Assembly: GCF_030144855.1 (NCBI RefSeq)
Contig: NC_082739.1
Location: 14,074,001-14,138,000 of the forward strand
Reading direction: 5' to 3'
Source of the DNA: Hypanus sabinus
Taxonomy: Eukaryota
Length of the DNA stretch: 64,000 bases
Shown one piece after another: positions 51,030 to 64,000 of this stretch. Numbering within the stretch: the stretch's first letter is position 1; each line of letters begins with the position of its first letter. The notes beneath the pieces were generated by a model, which was not told the DNA's origin, searched no databases, and worked only from the letters and a program-made list of their open reading frames with translations. The position numbers and the translations under genes were made by a program.

Positions 51030-51439
51030 TTAATCCTTGATTCTAAACTCCCCACCTCATCACCAACTCGATTAAAAAAAATCTGCAGATGCTGGAAATT
51101 CTCAGCACGTCAAGTCACAAATGTGGGAAAAGAAACAAAGTTCACAGTTTGAATTGAAGATACTTCCTCTTACAGATCCTTCTGACTTCTCTGCTCCCTG
51201 ACTACCAAAGAGGTCACCTGACCTGAGTTTTTCCAGCATTTTCTGTTTTTAATTTAGTGCAATCACATGCAATTCCCTCAATGTTTTGCTCAATTTCAAT
51301 CCTTATCTGAGAGGAACTGCCAGATCAAACGCTCAAACTTTAATACAAAGGGTAACAAGCATGTACAGTATTCACCACAAACAACAAAATCCTTGTTTCT
51401 TACTATTTCCTGCTTTTGTTTACATTCCTTGCTGCTTTG

Positions 51440-51750
51440 CTCCCCATGAACAATAGAAGTTCAGCTTAATTTGTCACATGCAGCGTACGGCAGAATGTAC
51501 AGTGAAACATGTTGTTTTGTGTCGATGGTCAACATAGTCCAAAGATGTGCTGGGGGCAGCCAGCTAGTGTTGCTATGCTTCTGACATCAACACAGCATGC
51601 TCACAACTCACCAAAACTAACCTTGCATCTTTGAAATGTGGGAAGAAAGCTGTGCACGCGAAGGAAATCCATGCAGTCATGGTGAGAACATACAAAATCC
51701 TTACAGACAGCGGTGGGAATTGGTGATTGCTGACACTATACAGTGATTCA
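51440..51750 (-). mobile_element. V-SINE-like remnant
   Basis: Reverse complement of tgtaaggattttgtatgttctcaccatgactgcatggatttcc. Confidence 0.6.
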
Positions 51751-53244
51751 AAGTACATTCACTATCACAGTATGTATGCAGTCTTTCCCCACAAATCAAA
51801 GAAAAACTATGGAACCATTTTCTCTACATGGATACTCTCTGACTTATTTCCAGCATTCAATTTGATTTTCAGTGTACAGAGCCTACAGCTTTTAGCAGCT
51901 CCCCTTACCCAACACGATTTTAGTTTTTTTAACAAGCAACTTAGAGTCAGGGTCACTGAATGTCAGTGTGAACGTTGCACGTAATATCAATCATTAATTT
52001 CTGGATTAAATGTCAACTTCTAATACAAATATACAGTAAATACTAATATTAAATGAATTGAGAGATAAAGGATGAAGGTAAGTATTTGGAATTAGCCACT
52101 GTCTTCCTGAATGGTTGAAGGCACGTAATGAGTTAGTTATTCTCAAGTTTCCATAGTGAAAGTTTGAAAAAAAAATGTAAAAAAGAAAAAAATGGAGAAT
52201 TGTAGAAAATGAACGGTCAGAAATGGAAAACTGGCCAACAGAAGGTATTAAACAATGTTGAATGTTTCTTTAAGACAGGTTGTAAGAACAAGCCAGGGAA
52301 ATGCAGGCATACATCAGTAGTGGGAAATTTATTAGAGGTGCCAGGATCTGCGAGCACCTGGGAAGGTGGCGACTGATAAGGGATCGTTAACATGTGCATA
52401 GGATATCATGAACTCATAAATATAATTTTGTTTTCTGAAGAGGGGATGAAGTGGATTGATAGGGGCAAAATTCCCTCATCTTATTGTTACTTGAAACAAT
52501 GCCTATACAGTGAAGGCTTTTTTAAAAAAAAACCTTTATCACCAGCCTTATAATGACGGTATAATTTTTTAAATTATGAGTTATTGTTTGGTTGTAAGTC
52601 TGACTGTCTCACTTATTCATTCACAAACACACAAAAAGATAACATTATTTTCTTGTAAAATATTAGTAACTAATCATCAGTTTTAAACCAAAGAACAAAA
52701 ATTACTAACTGAGGTATCAGAGGATTGCGTTGTCATAAGATTAATTATTTTCCTATCCAAGTCATATTCTTGCGGGACTTGGTGTTATATTGGCATTCTG
52801 TCACCAAGCTGTCACCCTGCAAGACATTTTAAATGCTCATGGTTAAGAGTTATAACAGATTAAAATGAACATTCAGAATGTACATTTGATGCAACACCAT
52901 TCTTCAATGTAAGATAGTTAAAGTAAACTTTTAAGTAACCTGAAGTAACATTAAAAGCAAGGTTATTCAGGCGTTGAGCTATATATTCCCTTTATACGAG
53001 CTATGCTGTTTCTTGAAGAACTATGAAAGAGAGATATTGGATATGCTACACGTATATTCGTCAGTAAGGTTAGTTGGAATATCTACACTGCCTCATGACT
53101 CTGAACTTACCCGAAAAGAAATAGTGAATCGAGTAATTACTGCAAACCTGTCTGCACCAATTTGCTAGTTTATCTTACTGTGTGCATGCTTGTTAGTGAC
53201 TAGAAAAAAAATCTCATTCCTAATTGATATAATTCACAGTCAAT

Positions 53245-53630
53245 AGAAGAATGAGGGGAGATTTACAGGCATATAAAAATATGATGGGTATAGATGAGTG
53301 AATGCAAGCAGGCTTTTTCCACTGAGGCGAGGGGAGAAAAAATCCAGAGGACATGGGTTAAGGGTGAAGGGGGAAAAGTTTAAATGGAACATTAGGGGGG
53401 GGCTTCTTCATACAGAGAGTGGTGGGAGTGTGGAATGAGCTGCCAGATGAAGTGGTAAATGCGGGCTCACTTTTGACATTTAAGAAAAACTTGGACAGTT
53501 ACATGGATGAGAGGTGTATGGAGGGATACGGTCCAGGTGCAGGTCAGTGGGATTAGGCAGAAAAATGGTTCGGCACAGCCAAGAAGGGCCAAAAGGCCTG
53601 TTTCTGTGCTGTAATGTTCTATGGTTCTAC
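53245..53630 (+). mobile_element. CR1 3' fragment
   Basis: agaatgaggggagattt..., FFIQRVVGVWNELP-type coding, tail gttctatggttcta. Confidence 0.8.
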
Positions 53631-53835
53631 CCCTCTTTTCCCGGCCAATCCCAATTTAAGGAGCCTACCAATTGTGAGATAAAGCTTCAGCCGACAGGAA
53701 CCTAAGAAGTAAAAGCAGGAGCCGATCTAACATTGAACCTCTGTCATTCTCAGAGACCATGGCTGATCCTGGGAGCGGCATCTTTTTGATTTTTAGTTTT
53801 GGATGAGTTTGGACATGTTTCCTTACTTTTTTATT

Positions 53836-54120
53836 AGGGCAGCATGGTAGTTTAGTAGTTAGCTGTATGGTGCCAGCAAACAGAGTTCAATTCCTACCGT
53901 CGTCTCTCCGCATGACCGTGTGGGTTTCCTCCTGATGCTTCAGTTTCCTCCCAGATATGAAGGATTAGTAACGGTTAGTGAGCTGTGGGCAAGCTATGTT
54001 GACACCGGAAGCTTAGCGACACTAGCGGGCTGCCCCTAGCACAATGCTCAGACTGTGTTAATCATTGACACATTTCACTGGATCTTTCGATGTTTCGATG
54101 TGCATGTGACAAATAATAGA
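53836..54120 (+). mobile_element. V-SINE-like SINE
   Basis: gggcagcatggtagtttagtagttagc, agttcaattcc, gtgtgggtttcctcc. Confidence 0.6.
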
Positions 54121-54124
54121 ACTG

Positions 54125-54560
54125 TGAGACCATAAGATATTGGAGCAGGATTAGGCCATTTGGCCCATCGAGTCCATTCTGCCATTTCATCATGGCTGAT
54201 ACCGGATCCCATTCAATCCCTTGCACCTGCCCTCTAACCATATCACTTAATGCCCCGACCAATCAGGAATCTATCAAATTCTGCTTTGAATATACCCATG
54301 GACTTGGCCTCCACCGCAGTCTGTGGCAGAGCATTCCACAGATCCACCCTTTAGTTAAAAAAAATTCTTCCTTACTTCTGTTCTAAAAGGTCACCCTCAA
54401 TTTTGAGGCTGTGCCCTCTAGTTCTGGCTACCATCAGCATAGGGAACATCCTCTCCACATCCACCCTATCTAGTCCTTTCAACATTCGGTAGGTTTCAAT
54501 GAGATTTCCCCCCCCCCCCCCCGCATTCTAAATTGTTGTGACTACAGGCTCAAAGCTGCC
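54125..54560 (-). mobile_element. CR1 3' fragment
   Basis: accataagatattggagcagg...attccacaga...gtttcaatgagat. Confidence 0.75.
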
Positions 54561-56358
54561 AAACTTTGCTAATGCTAATCTTTTTATTCTTATTAGTTCC
54601 AGCAAAATCACCTATATTCGATTATTATGTGGTGGTGTTTTTGAAAAGATTACAAAGTTGGTCTGATAACATAATGAAACTGGAGTAACTTTAAGTCATG
54701 ACAGCCGTGGTATTCCTCTACACTGACTCTACAAACTATTTGGTCAGATTTTTTTAAGATTTGAAGTCTACTTAGCCTCGTCAATGGAGGAATATGTAGA
54801 TGGGGCCCCTGCCATGGTGGTAAGCTATGCTTTTATGGAGGCAGGGATTTCCTAATCCATGCTGGGTCTTTATTCAGACATGAATGGGAGTTGAGTCAAG
54901 CCTGGTTCACAATTAGTCGAGAAAGGGCTTTAACCACAATGGCTGGTTGTTTGTGCAGAGACTGTGAATTGTGTGAACGATTACTGTGGTTGTTCGTGAA
55001 GCCTCTGCTGGATATCACAGCCTCACAATCATCATCTTGAATTTGTATCCTGTAACTCTACACACCAGATTTCTTCCACCTGTTCTGCTGGTATATTTCC
55101 ACTTCCATCCATCCTACAGCGAAATAAAAGCTTGTTTTGAAAATCGCATTCAATGCACTGAAATGTTTATTTTGTACAATAGAAAACAAACTTCAAAATA
55201 CATTTATTATCAAAGTATATATGTATATACAACCTTGAGACTTGTCTCCTTACAGGCAGCCATGAAACCCAATAGAACCCATTTTTAAAAAAAATAATTT
55301 CCCAATTTTATCAGTGGGGAAAAAGTCTTGTATTTTGAAGTAGAACTGACAAAGAAAATTAATATGGTGATCCACTATTTAACGAGTGAGTTGGCATCTG
55401 GTTTTATCACTTCAGGACAATGGCCTCACATCAGAACTGATGAGCTGATTAGGGACTGTAATGGGCTACGTAACAAATCTCGTGTCTACAGCAGAGGAGA
55501 CTGTAGGTGCTGTTTTGCCTTTCTTGTATTGTTCCCTGTCTTTACATTTGGTCAGACACAACTTTGGGGGAACTCGGTAGGTCAGGCAGCATCTGTAGAG
55601 GGAAGTGAAGAGTCAGTAGTTCAGTAAAGGCATCATTGTACTGGAAAGAAGGGGACTGAGTTATAGGGAGAGGTAGGGCAGATTATGACTTTAGGAAGTA
55701 AAGGTGGTGATGTTACAGATGTATAAATAGTGTGAATGCATAGCCTTTTTCCCATTAAAAAATCCTCCTTAAAAGCTAGAGAGCATGGGTCTATTGACAA
55801 GCAACTTCTTCCTTCACAGAGAGGATGGTGCATATTTGGAACGAGCTGCTGGAGCAAGTGTTTGAGGCAGGGACAACAATATTTAGAAGGCACTTCAAAA
55901 AGTACATGGATAGGCGGAGTTCAGAAAGATAAATTGGGTAAATGGGACTAGTTTGGGACTATCACCATGGTCACAATGGAGGAGTGGATCTGAAGAGTTG
56001 TTACTCTATAACACCTTTGGAAAGGCCTTGACCTGAAATATTGACTGTACATTTCCCTCCACAGACGCTGCCTCGCCTGCCGAGTGTGTCTAAGGCAGGG
56101 GCTCCCAAAATTATTGTCAAAAATTCTGGTTTCTCCTTCCCTTCCCCTTCCTCTGCCTCTGTAATTGGTCAAAGACAGTTACATTTCTCACTTTTCATGA
56201 AAGTGCAATAACTTGAAGCATTAACTTTGCTTTCCTCACTAAGCCTGCTGACTACTATGCCCAGCATTGCTCCAGTTAGCTTGGTGGCAGTCATGATGTT
56301 TGCATTTATTTCCCTGTAATTGGGTTTTATAATACTTCTGGAAATGAAATAAAGTATT

Positions 56359-57062
56359 CAAAGAGATCTAGGAGTCCTTGTTCATCGGTCACTGAAGGTG
56401 AATGAGCAAGTGCAGCAGGCAGTGAAGAAGGCTAACGGAATGTTGGCCTTTATTACAAAGGGAATTGAGTACAAGAGCAAGGAAATCCTTTTGCATTTGT
56501 ACAGAGCCCTGGTGAGACCACACCTGGAGTATTGTGTACAGTTTTGGTCTCCAGGGTTAAGGAAGGACATCCTGGCTGTAGAGAAAGTGCAGCGTAGATT
56601 CACAAGGTTAATTCCTGGGATGTCCGGACTGTCTTACGCAGAGGGGTTAGAGAGACTGGGCTTGTACACGCTGGAATTAAGGAGATTGAGAGGGGATCTG
56701 ATTGAAACATATAAGATTATTAAGGGATTGGACAAGATAGAGGCAGGAAATATGTTCCAGATGCTGGGAGAGTCCAGTACCAGAGGGCATGGTTTGAGAT
56801 TAAGGGGTAGGTCATTTAGGACAGAGTTAAGGAAAAACTTCTTCTGCCAGAGAGTTGTGGGGGTCTGGAATGCACTGCCTCGGAAGGCAGTGGAGGCCAA
56901 TTCTCTGGATGCTTTCAAGAAGGAGCTAGATAGGTATCTTATGGATAGGGGAATCAACGGATATGGGGACAAGGCAGGAACCAGGTATTGATAGTAGATG
57001 ATCAGCCATGATCTCAAAATGGCGGTGCAGGCTCGAAGGGCTGAATGGTCTACTGCGTCTAT
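56359..57062 (+). mobile_element. Young CR1 3' fragment (197-aa open RT C-terminus)
   Basis: Translation nearly identical to the C-terminal part of the 33845-35200 ORF. Confidence 0.95.
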
Positions 57063-57774
57063 AGTCCATAACTTAAGTATATAACTAATGTATAATATGA
57101 TTAGGTGGTTACAATTATGCAGTTTAACTTAAGCTACCAATAAAAAAATACAAATTGTGATACATTTTTTCTGTATTATTTACACACTTGCATATGTTTT
57201 GTAATTGTATATGATGTATCCAAAAATGACATTTAATATAGTTTTCTTTATATAGATATTGCCAGTGCACAATGTGTACATTTACTTGATCTCAATGTTG
57301 ACAGGTTTCAGAATGCATTATATTTCTTGCTTTTGAATCAATGTAAAAATGTATAGATTATTTTTATCTCCAACTCTGTAGCAACTATCATATAGATGAC
57401 CATTGAAAAAGCTTTGAGTTTTAAGATTAAGGCCAACAACTTTAGGATTGTCCCTGCACAAAGTTAATGCTCATAGCAGAACTAAACTGAACAGGAAACT
57501 GAAGACACTGGTATTGGAACAGTTGATTAGAGGAAATAATTGATACCCAGGAGATGAAGATATTTTCCCTAACATCATTATGATTCTTAATTACAAAAGT
57601 AGTTATTTTTGAACTGATAATCCTGTGATGTGGCATAGTATTACTGGATCCAAATTCCTGACTAACATGATTGGAGCTCCTTTTAGTTCAAGATTACGTG
57701 CTGGTACACCAGGTGGTGACAGAGTTTAAAAAGTACAGATTGTACCGATGTATCAATGTTTGCCAGTAGGTCTA

Positions 57775-58306
57775 CACTTGGTGGCTAATTAATTAGGTTC
57801 ACCTGTACATCAGCTCATTAGTGCAAATATCTAATCAGCCAATCATGTGGCAGCAACTCACTGCATAAAGGCATGCAGACATGGTCAGGAGGTTCTGTTG
57901 TTCAGAATGAGGAAGAAATGTGCTCTCAGTGACTTTGACCATGGAATGATTGTTGGTGCCTGATGGGGTGATTTGAGTATCTCAGAACCTGCTGATCAGT
58001 CTCTAGCGTTTACAGGGAGTGGTGAGAAAAACAAAAAAAAAATCCAGTGAGTGTCAGTTCTGTGGGTGAAAATGCCTTGTTAATGAGAGAGGTCAGAGGA
58101 GAATGGCCAAACTGGTTCAAACTGACAGGAAGGCGACAGTAACTCAAATAACCACACATTACAACACTGACGTGTAGAAAAGCATCTCTGAATGCACAAC
58201 ACGTCAAACCTTGCAGTGGATGGGCTACAACAGCAGAAGACCATGAACATACACTCAGTGGCTACTATTATGTACAGGAGGTACATAATAAAGTGGCCTC
58301 TGAGTG
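57775..58306 (+). mobile_element. Tc1-like non-autonomous DNA transposon
   Basis: TA flanks. TIR-like cactcagtggc.actttatta. Degenerate HTH coding (LSDFDHGMIVGA, ERGQRRMAKLVQTDRKATVTQITT, MGYNSRRP). Confidence 0.8.
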
Positions 58307-58830
58307 TATATTGTACAGGTTGTCCTGGAAGCTTCAAAAGTAGGTCTTTATTCATGGTCTGAGCTGCATTATTTCTGGGTGCTAAATTTGCCCTTTCACA
58401 CAACCATTGATAATTCAAATAGTGTGAGTGACATTTGGAAAACAGCTTTGATCAGATGCTGTATAATGTGCACATTCTTCATTGAAATCATTTCTGCGGA
58501 GTCTCCTGTTTAATTTCTCTATTTCCTAATGTGAGTATATTCAAAGCTATGTCTACTGATGGATCACCTGCCAAATGAGCCCGCATATTGGTTTTCAAGT
58601 GTAATTGTATAGCATTTTCCCTGATATATGATACTTTATGGAGGATTTTAATCAATTTGCTTTAGTACCTCATGAATTACTGGTAGCATTTAATGAAAAT
58701 ACCCAGTTAGTGCTAAAGTATCACCTCTCACTAATTTATTGTTGTGTTGAAGATCTTGCAACATTCAGTCTAATGCTTCAACAGCAGGTTTGTGATGCAC
58801 ACATCTAAAACAAGTTTACAATCTTTTGTA

Positions 58831-58925
58831 AGTCCTGATAAAGGGTCTTGGCCCAAAGCATCGACTGTTTATTGCTCTCCATAGATGCTGCCTGACCCGC
58901 TGAGTTCCCCCAGTGTTTTGTGTTT
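58831..58925 (+). mobile_element. Penelope-derived terminal repeat fragment
   Basis: agtcctgataaagggtcttggcccaaagcatcgact...atagatgctgcctgacc. Confidence 0.7.
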
Positions 58926-59940
58926 GTTGTAATCATTTAGAATTTCTTGCTTTTGCTGTTCCCCGACCGACATTACATGTTGGAGTCTCCACTTTTTTTC
59001 AGGCTTAAAAGCCAACCCTGCAGATTTCACTCCTGTCAAAAGCAATGCCTGATGATGTCACAGCCAGAGCAATCTTGTCTTATTTTCAAAAACTGGGATA
59101 ATAAGGAAAGGACTTCCCATTCCATCACCAGCATCCATAAAAATGTATTTTCTTGGTCACTGTGAGCAGCCTCTGTCATAGTATTTGTGGCATTTCTTTG
59201 ATATCTTAGTAAACTTAGTTCTTTCTCTAGAGTATAAGCCTGAAGGCACGTAGTCAGCGATTCAGGAACAGCTTCTTCCCCTCTGCCATCTGATTCCTAA
59301 ATGGACATTGAACCCGTGAACACTACCTCACTACTTTTTTATTTCTGTTATTTTGCACTACTTATTTTAACTATTTGATAGATATAGATATTAAATCTGA
59401 CTGATATTCATCTAACAAGTCTCAATCATTGCTGATCTCTTACAGAAACGCAGTGCACAGGTTTGATTATTTTTTTTCTTTGTGCTTCAGATACTCCAGA
59501 CATACTTGGGTCAGGTCCACCCAAATGTTTCGTACCTCAAGCATAGAAATCTGAAAAACAATTCTCATCGATTTTCAGTGGAGATTTATTGTCACATTCA
59601 CAATACATGTACGTACAGGTGCAGTGAAAACTTACAGCAGCATCACAGGCACGTTATAGTAAAGACACAATCGTCACATGAAAAACATAAACACATTATA
59701 CAAGAAAGAACAGAATTAGACCAAAAGAAGTCCTCAATAGTGCAAAGTGGTTTTAGTGTTGCTATAAATGGGCTTCTGGGCCATGGAGGTTTTGTAGGGG
59801 GCAGTGTTCATCCTTATGATAAACCAAACTCACCTGTAATATTTCGGATTTCTAGGTCTCATTGCAGAGCTGCCGTATGTGTGGGACATATGGGCACTCT
59901 CTGCTGCTGATCTCCAACAGTTGATGTATTTTGCTATTGT

Positions 59941-59958
59941 TGGCCACCAGAGGGCAGC
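59941..59958 (+). promoter_or_regulatory. CTCF-like core motif
   Basis: TGGCCACCAGAGGGCAGC, a close match to the vertebrate CTCF core. Confidence 0.6.
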
Positions 59959-62019
59959 TGTATCCAAAACCAGATTGCAAAGCTTAATTTATCCATTACA
60001 CCTGCACAGACAAATTAAGTTTGGTTTAAAAAGTTGCAGCATTAATGTTAGTAGCAAATGAGTTTTTGCACAAATATAAAATTATACAGTTATGGGACTT
60101 GAGTTCACACAGTTTTTATCTTCCTTATAGATACTATCTGCCCCTCACTCCATTGCCTAAACAGTTTTGTTCACCTCCTTGTTTCCTCCTTTTGAACCCT
60201 TCCTCTCCCTCTTCTGCTCTTCTCCCTTCCCTCCCCTACCCCTCCCACTCCCCAATGACTATGTCCCCAGTTACTGAGTGGCTCAGTGCACAGGGTTGTG
60301 ACTGATTTTACTGAAGTGTCTCCTGTGCTTTATTCTTGGCCCTCTTAACCATGTGCACCTCTGCCCGATACTCTGGAAGAGCACTTCAGTCGAAGAGATG
60401 TTGTTTCCTTTTCTATTACACATACTGTACAGTGAGATTACAATAGAATGTGTGTGGTGTGTTCTAAACATCCAACTGCAATATGATTCCACTCGAGACC
60501 AGGGCCAGGTGGAGTGAAGTGACCACAGTCACCATCTGCCTAGCAGAACTGAGGAAACTGGCACATCACACAGTGTCCAATAGGATGAGTCTGTTTACTC
60601 CCTCGGTCCATCCTCCTGCTTTTCCCCTTTATCCTGAGCTGCGGCTGGCAAAGCCACCACTTCGTGCCTGTCCCAATTTACCCTTGGGGGAGGTGAGGAC
60701 GAGCCATCTACCTCTGTAGAGTCCATCTGGTGACCTTTCTACAGTGTTGCTGGGCTGGGATTACCTGGAGTTCAGGTAGTATTGAAGGAATATTGAGATC
60801 ATTCTAATTCAGTATCACTTGGTGGGGAACCTGCAGGCAGTGGTGTTTCAGTACAGAGGCTCACTTTGAGCTGCTGGGTGTGGGATCACTCAGTCCTGTC
60901 ATGTTCAGGTATCCTCGGTGTTTCTCCCAGCACCCTTACCGAGCTCCTCGTGGAAGCCAGGTTAGCCCCAGGCTCGCTGGTGATGGCAGAGTAAGGGTTA
61001 GGCCCAGGAGGCTACGGGCTGGGGGTCTAGGAAAGCCCAGTTTCGATCTGCTGGGCGTGTTCTGTATTTCAATCATTTAGCATGAGGGTACCGGGGAGCT
61101 CGTTCCTTCACGAATCAGTGATAAACCACTTGTGGTAAAGGACATCCAGGCCCCCCAGTACAGAGTGCACTCTGTATTCTTGTTACTGTCAGTGTTACTT
61201 GACATAGAGGAGCACTGATTCACCAGTTGAGCCAAGGTGGTTGCAGAGAGTCAGGTTTCCTTGTTCATGTTGGACCCAATGCTGTGAAACTTCATGGGGT
61301 CTGAAGACAGTGTTGAGAACTCCTCTCGCCTTTAGTATCAGGACCCCACCAGTGGGACAAGATGTATCCAATGCTTGTGATCACGGTCCCCTCTAAGATG
61401 CACGGGCGCGCGGCCGCACGGTAACTAAAATGCTGGTGCACACATGGCCTTTGTGGCCACGCAGCTGGACTTTCATATATCCAGGCACACAGGCTGGGCC
61501 CAGCAGGGGTGAAGCCGAGCCATTCAGATCAGAGTCAATGCATCACATTCTGTTCAGCAACAGCATCAGGCATAACGTTACCCTGTTCTATTCAAAGAGT
61601 TCTGCTCTGGCTCTTGCTACAAGCAGTGGCCAGATTATTCCATTCAGAGCTTTGCCTCAAATATTATAATCCTTTGCTGGCACGCAGAGAGGCTTGGGAC
61701 TTCTTGAAGAAGGCTATCTCCTCTCAATCACCAGCTCTGCAAGTTCCCGAACCATCCAGGAAGGTGGCACCTTCAAAGCTCTTTGTCCCTTCCCGCCCTT
61801 TCTCGTTGACCCACTCACACCGATTCTCTCTGACTCACTCAGGCAATCGCTCACACTGGTCAACGTCGACTCGCTGTTCAGGTGTGGTGAGCCACAGGCT
61901 CAGGTTTTCGGGGGAGGGACTCACGGCTATGAGAGCAGTTTTCGGGACGCAGATGTTTGGGGCTGATGTTTCGGGGCAAGCATGCCAGTCTGCTCACTGC
62001 ATCTGACCTCAGGATGCCA

Positions 62020-62445
62020 GGGCCATAAGATATAGGAGCAGAACTGGGTCATTTGGCCCATCAAGTCTGGGTGATTCAACCATGGGTGGGTTTTTTTCAA
62101 AAGATCTCCCCCCCCCCACCATTCTCCTGCATTCTCCCCGTAAATCTTAATCCCCTTACCAATCATGAACCAATTAATCTCTGTCTTAAATACGCCCAAT
62201 ATCTTGGCCTCCAATGCCCCCTGTGGCAACGAACTCTACAGATTCTCCACCCTCTGGCTGAAGAAATTCCTCCTCATCCTTCTATTCTGAGGCTGGGTCC
62301 TTTGGCCCTGCGCTTTGCAACTCATGGAAACATCCTCTCCACATTCACTCTATCCAGGCCTTTCAGTGTTCAGTAGGTTTCAATGAGATTTCTCCTTATT
62401 TTACTGAAATCCTTCAAATACAGGCCCAGAGACATCAAACACTCC
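62020..62445 (-). mobile_element. CR1 3' fragment
   Basis: ccataagatataggagcagaa...caccctctggctgaagaaattcctcc. Confidence 0.75.
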
Positions 62446-63119
62446 TTGTGTATTACTATGATGTCCTGTCCCAGAGTTTTGACCCAAAACATCAACAATT
62501 CTTTCCACACCCCTCCCTCCCCCCCCCCCCCCAGCAGACACTGTTTGACCTGCGGAATTCCTCCAGCGGATCGTTTGTTACACTAGATCCCAGCGTATGC
62601 AGTCTGACGAACCTGATTAAAACACACGAGATGAGGGACTTCGGCAAAAACGTTTTGGGCTGTGACTGTGGACGGGCAAACCGCATCTGAAGCCCATTCA
62701 CCCAAAACCCCTCGCTCCCACACATCACATATCACACCCGCACCGAAATCCCCCACACCCAGTTACCCCCCTGATGTCTTCACCATGCATCTCCTTCTCA
62801 TCCCTCAAACTCTTTTTGCCTCATTCTCACCCTCTCTTCACCTTTCCTCTTGCCCCTCTCCTCCTGCTCTGGCTCGTCACACCTCCTGCCCTCCTGTCCA
62901 TCACTCCCTCACCCCAGTTACCCCTCTCGTCCTCCGCTCCTTCACCTCTCGCCTTCTAAACCTTTTCCCTATCAAACCACTTCATCCTCACACCTCAGCC
63001 CTCTCTCTCCTGCCCCCCCACTCCTCTCATCTCCCTCTCCCCTCATCACACTCCCTGCCTTTATCCCAATGTCAGTTGCCTCAGGATGATCTGAGTTCAA
63101 GTCCCAACCCAGGAGTACT

Positions 63120-63410
63120 AATAGAGCACTACAACAAAGAAATAGGCTTTTTGGCCCATCTGTTCTGTGCTGGCCTGGTTTTCTGCTTAGTCCACCTACC
63201 TGCACCCAAACCATGTCCCTCCCTACCTCTCTCATCCACATACCTATCCAAACTTCTTTCAAATCTATCAATTGAACCCAATCTACCAGTTCCGCTGGCA
63301 GCTCGTTCCACACTTGCACCACCCTCTGAGTGAAGAAGCTCCCCTTTAAGCACTTCACCTTTCACCCTTAACCTATGGCCCCTACTTCTAGTCTCACCCA
63401 ACCTGAGGGG
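63120..63410 (-). mobile_element. CR1 3' fragment
   Basis: SFFTQRVVQVWNELP and TRSRGHRLRVKG remnants. Confidence 0.75.
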
Positions 63411-63572
63411 AAACAACTAGGTACATTGCAAGTACTCTGGATCAATCTGCGCCATCCAGCCCCCCAACAGGTTAAATACTCTGGGACTGCTCCTACGCGG
63501 TTTGATTGCATAGCGAGGGTCAGGATGAAAAACATGTGACGGTTACTGTGTGGTGCCAACAGGAACTTTCAG

Positions 63573-63575
<3 letters not shown>

Positions 63576-63608
<33 letters not shown>
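63576..63608. repeat. (TG)n microsatellite
   Basis: Seen directly. Confidence 0.97.
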
Positions 63609-63609
<1 letters not shown>

Positions 63610-63667
63610 GGCAGCCACAGATGCACTCTGTCTCAACATGTTTCTTCGATGAGTACTGTCAATCAAT

Positions 63668-63876
63668 TCATAGTGCAATTTCAGTGTGTTTGTGTGATCT
63701 TGGAGGAGAGGAGGGATCTTCATTGAGGAACCCAAACAGGAATCTGCCCCATTCCGTGTTGAATCTGTACAGCAGAGGTCCGGGTGTTTCTGGCACAGCC
63801 TCAGGGACTAACTGTGGTTCTGGCAAGAGTCCGGAGGGATCCTGGGAAAGGCTGCTGTCTCCGTGAGCCTGTGGCA
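63668..63876 (-). other. Possible terminal coding exon of a convergent neighbouring gene
   Basis: Acceptor-like ctcccccccaacag| then an open frame to TGA (PQAHG...YRFNTEWGRFLFGFL...EIAL*). No recognised homology. Confidence 0.25.
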
Positions 63877-64000
63877 CTGTTGGGGGGGAGTTATTGCAGG
63901 CAGAGCTGGCAGTCAGCCTACAGCAGGCTTTTCACCAGATCAGTCACACACATCCTCTCCCCCTCGTACCTCCCTTCATCTCAGTCTGCAGTTTTAAATA

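Noticed and set aside
61509-62006. 165-aa and 90-aa ORFs
   Set aside because: Non-ATG starts, no recognisable domain and no convincing splice sites.
62662-63333. 223-aa ORF
   Set aside because: C/T-rich low-complexity tract running into an antisense CR1 fragment.

Overview
Eukaryotic, repeat-dominated DNA, most likely from a cartilaginous fish. This is inferred from the mix of CR1, Rex1/Babar-like, Penelope-like and V-SINE/HE1-like repeats. The window opens with about 4.3 kb of a ~48-51 bp satellite that has higher-order structure. It holds one complete six-exon + strand gene, an MPZL3-like single Ig-V membrane protein (CDS 22381-49953, 243 aa by my exon assembly, all introns GT-AG and phase-consistent). 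Its Ig domain is split by a 23-kb transposon-filled intron. The rest is mostly decayed or nested retrotransposons, hAT and Tc1 derivatives, a solo LTR and microsatellites. I cannot demonstrate a new multi-gene system. The best leads are: an orphan in-frame DHX40-like exon inside MPZL3 intron 2; decayed hammerhead-ribozyme-like motifs in Penelope-derived repeats; an in-frame internally deleted hAT transposase upstream of MPZL3; a chimeric 604-bp LINE duplication; satellite higher-order repeats; and divergent CTCF-like motifs downstream of the gene. Repeat family names come from motif recognition, not database searches. Repeat boundaries are approximate unless TSDs/TIRs are quoted.
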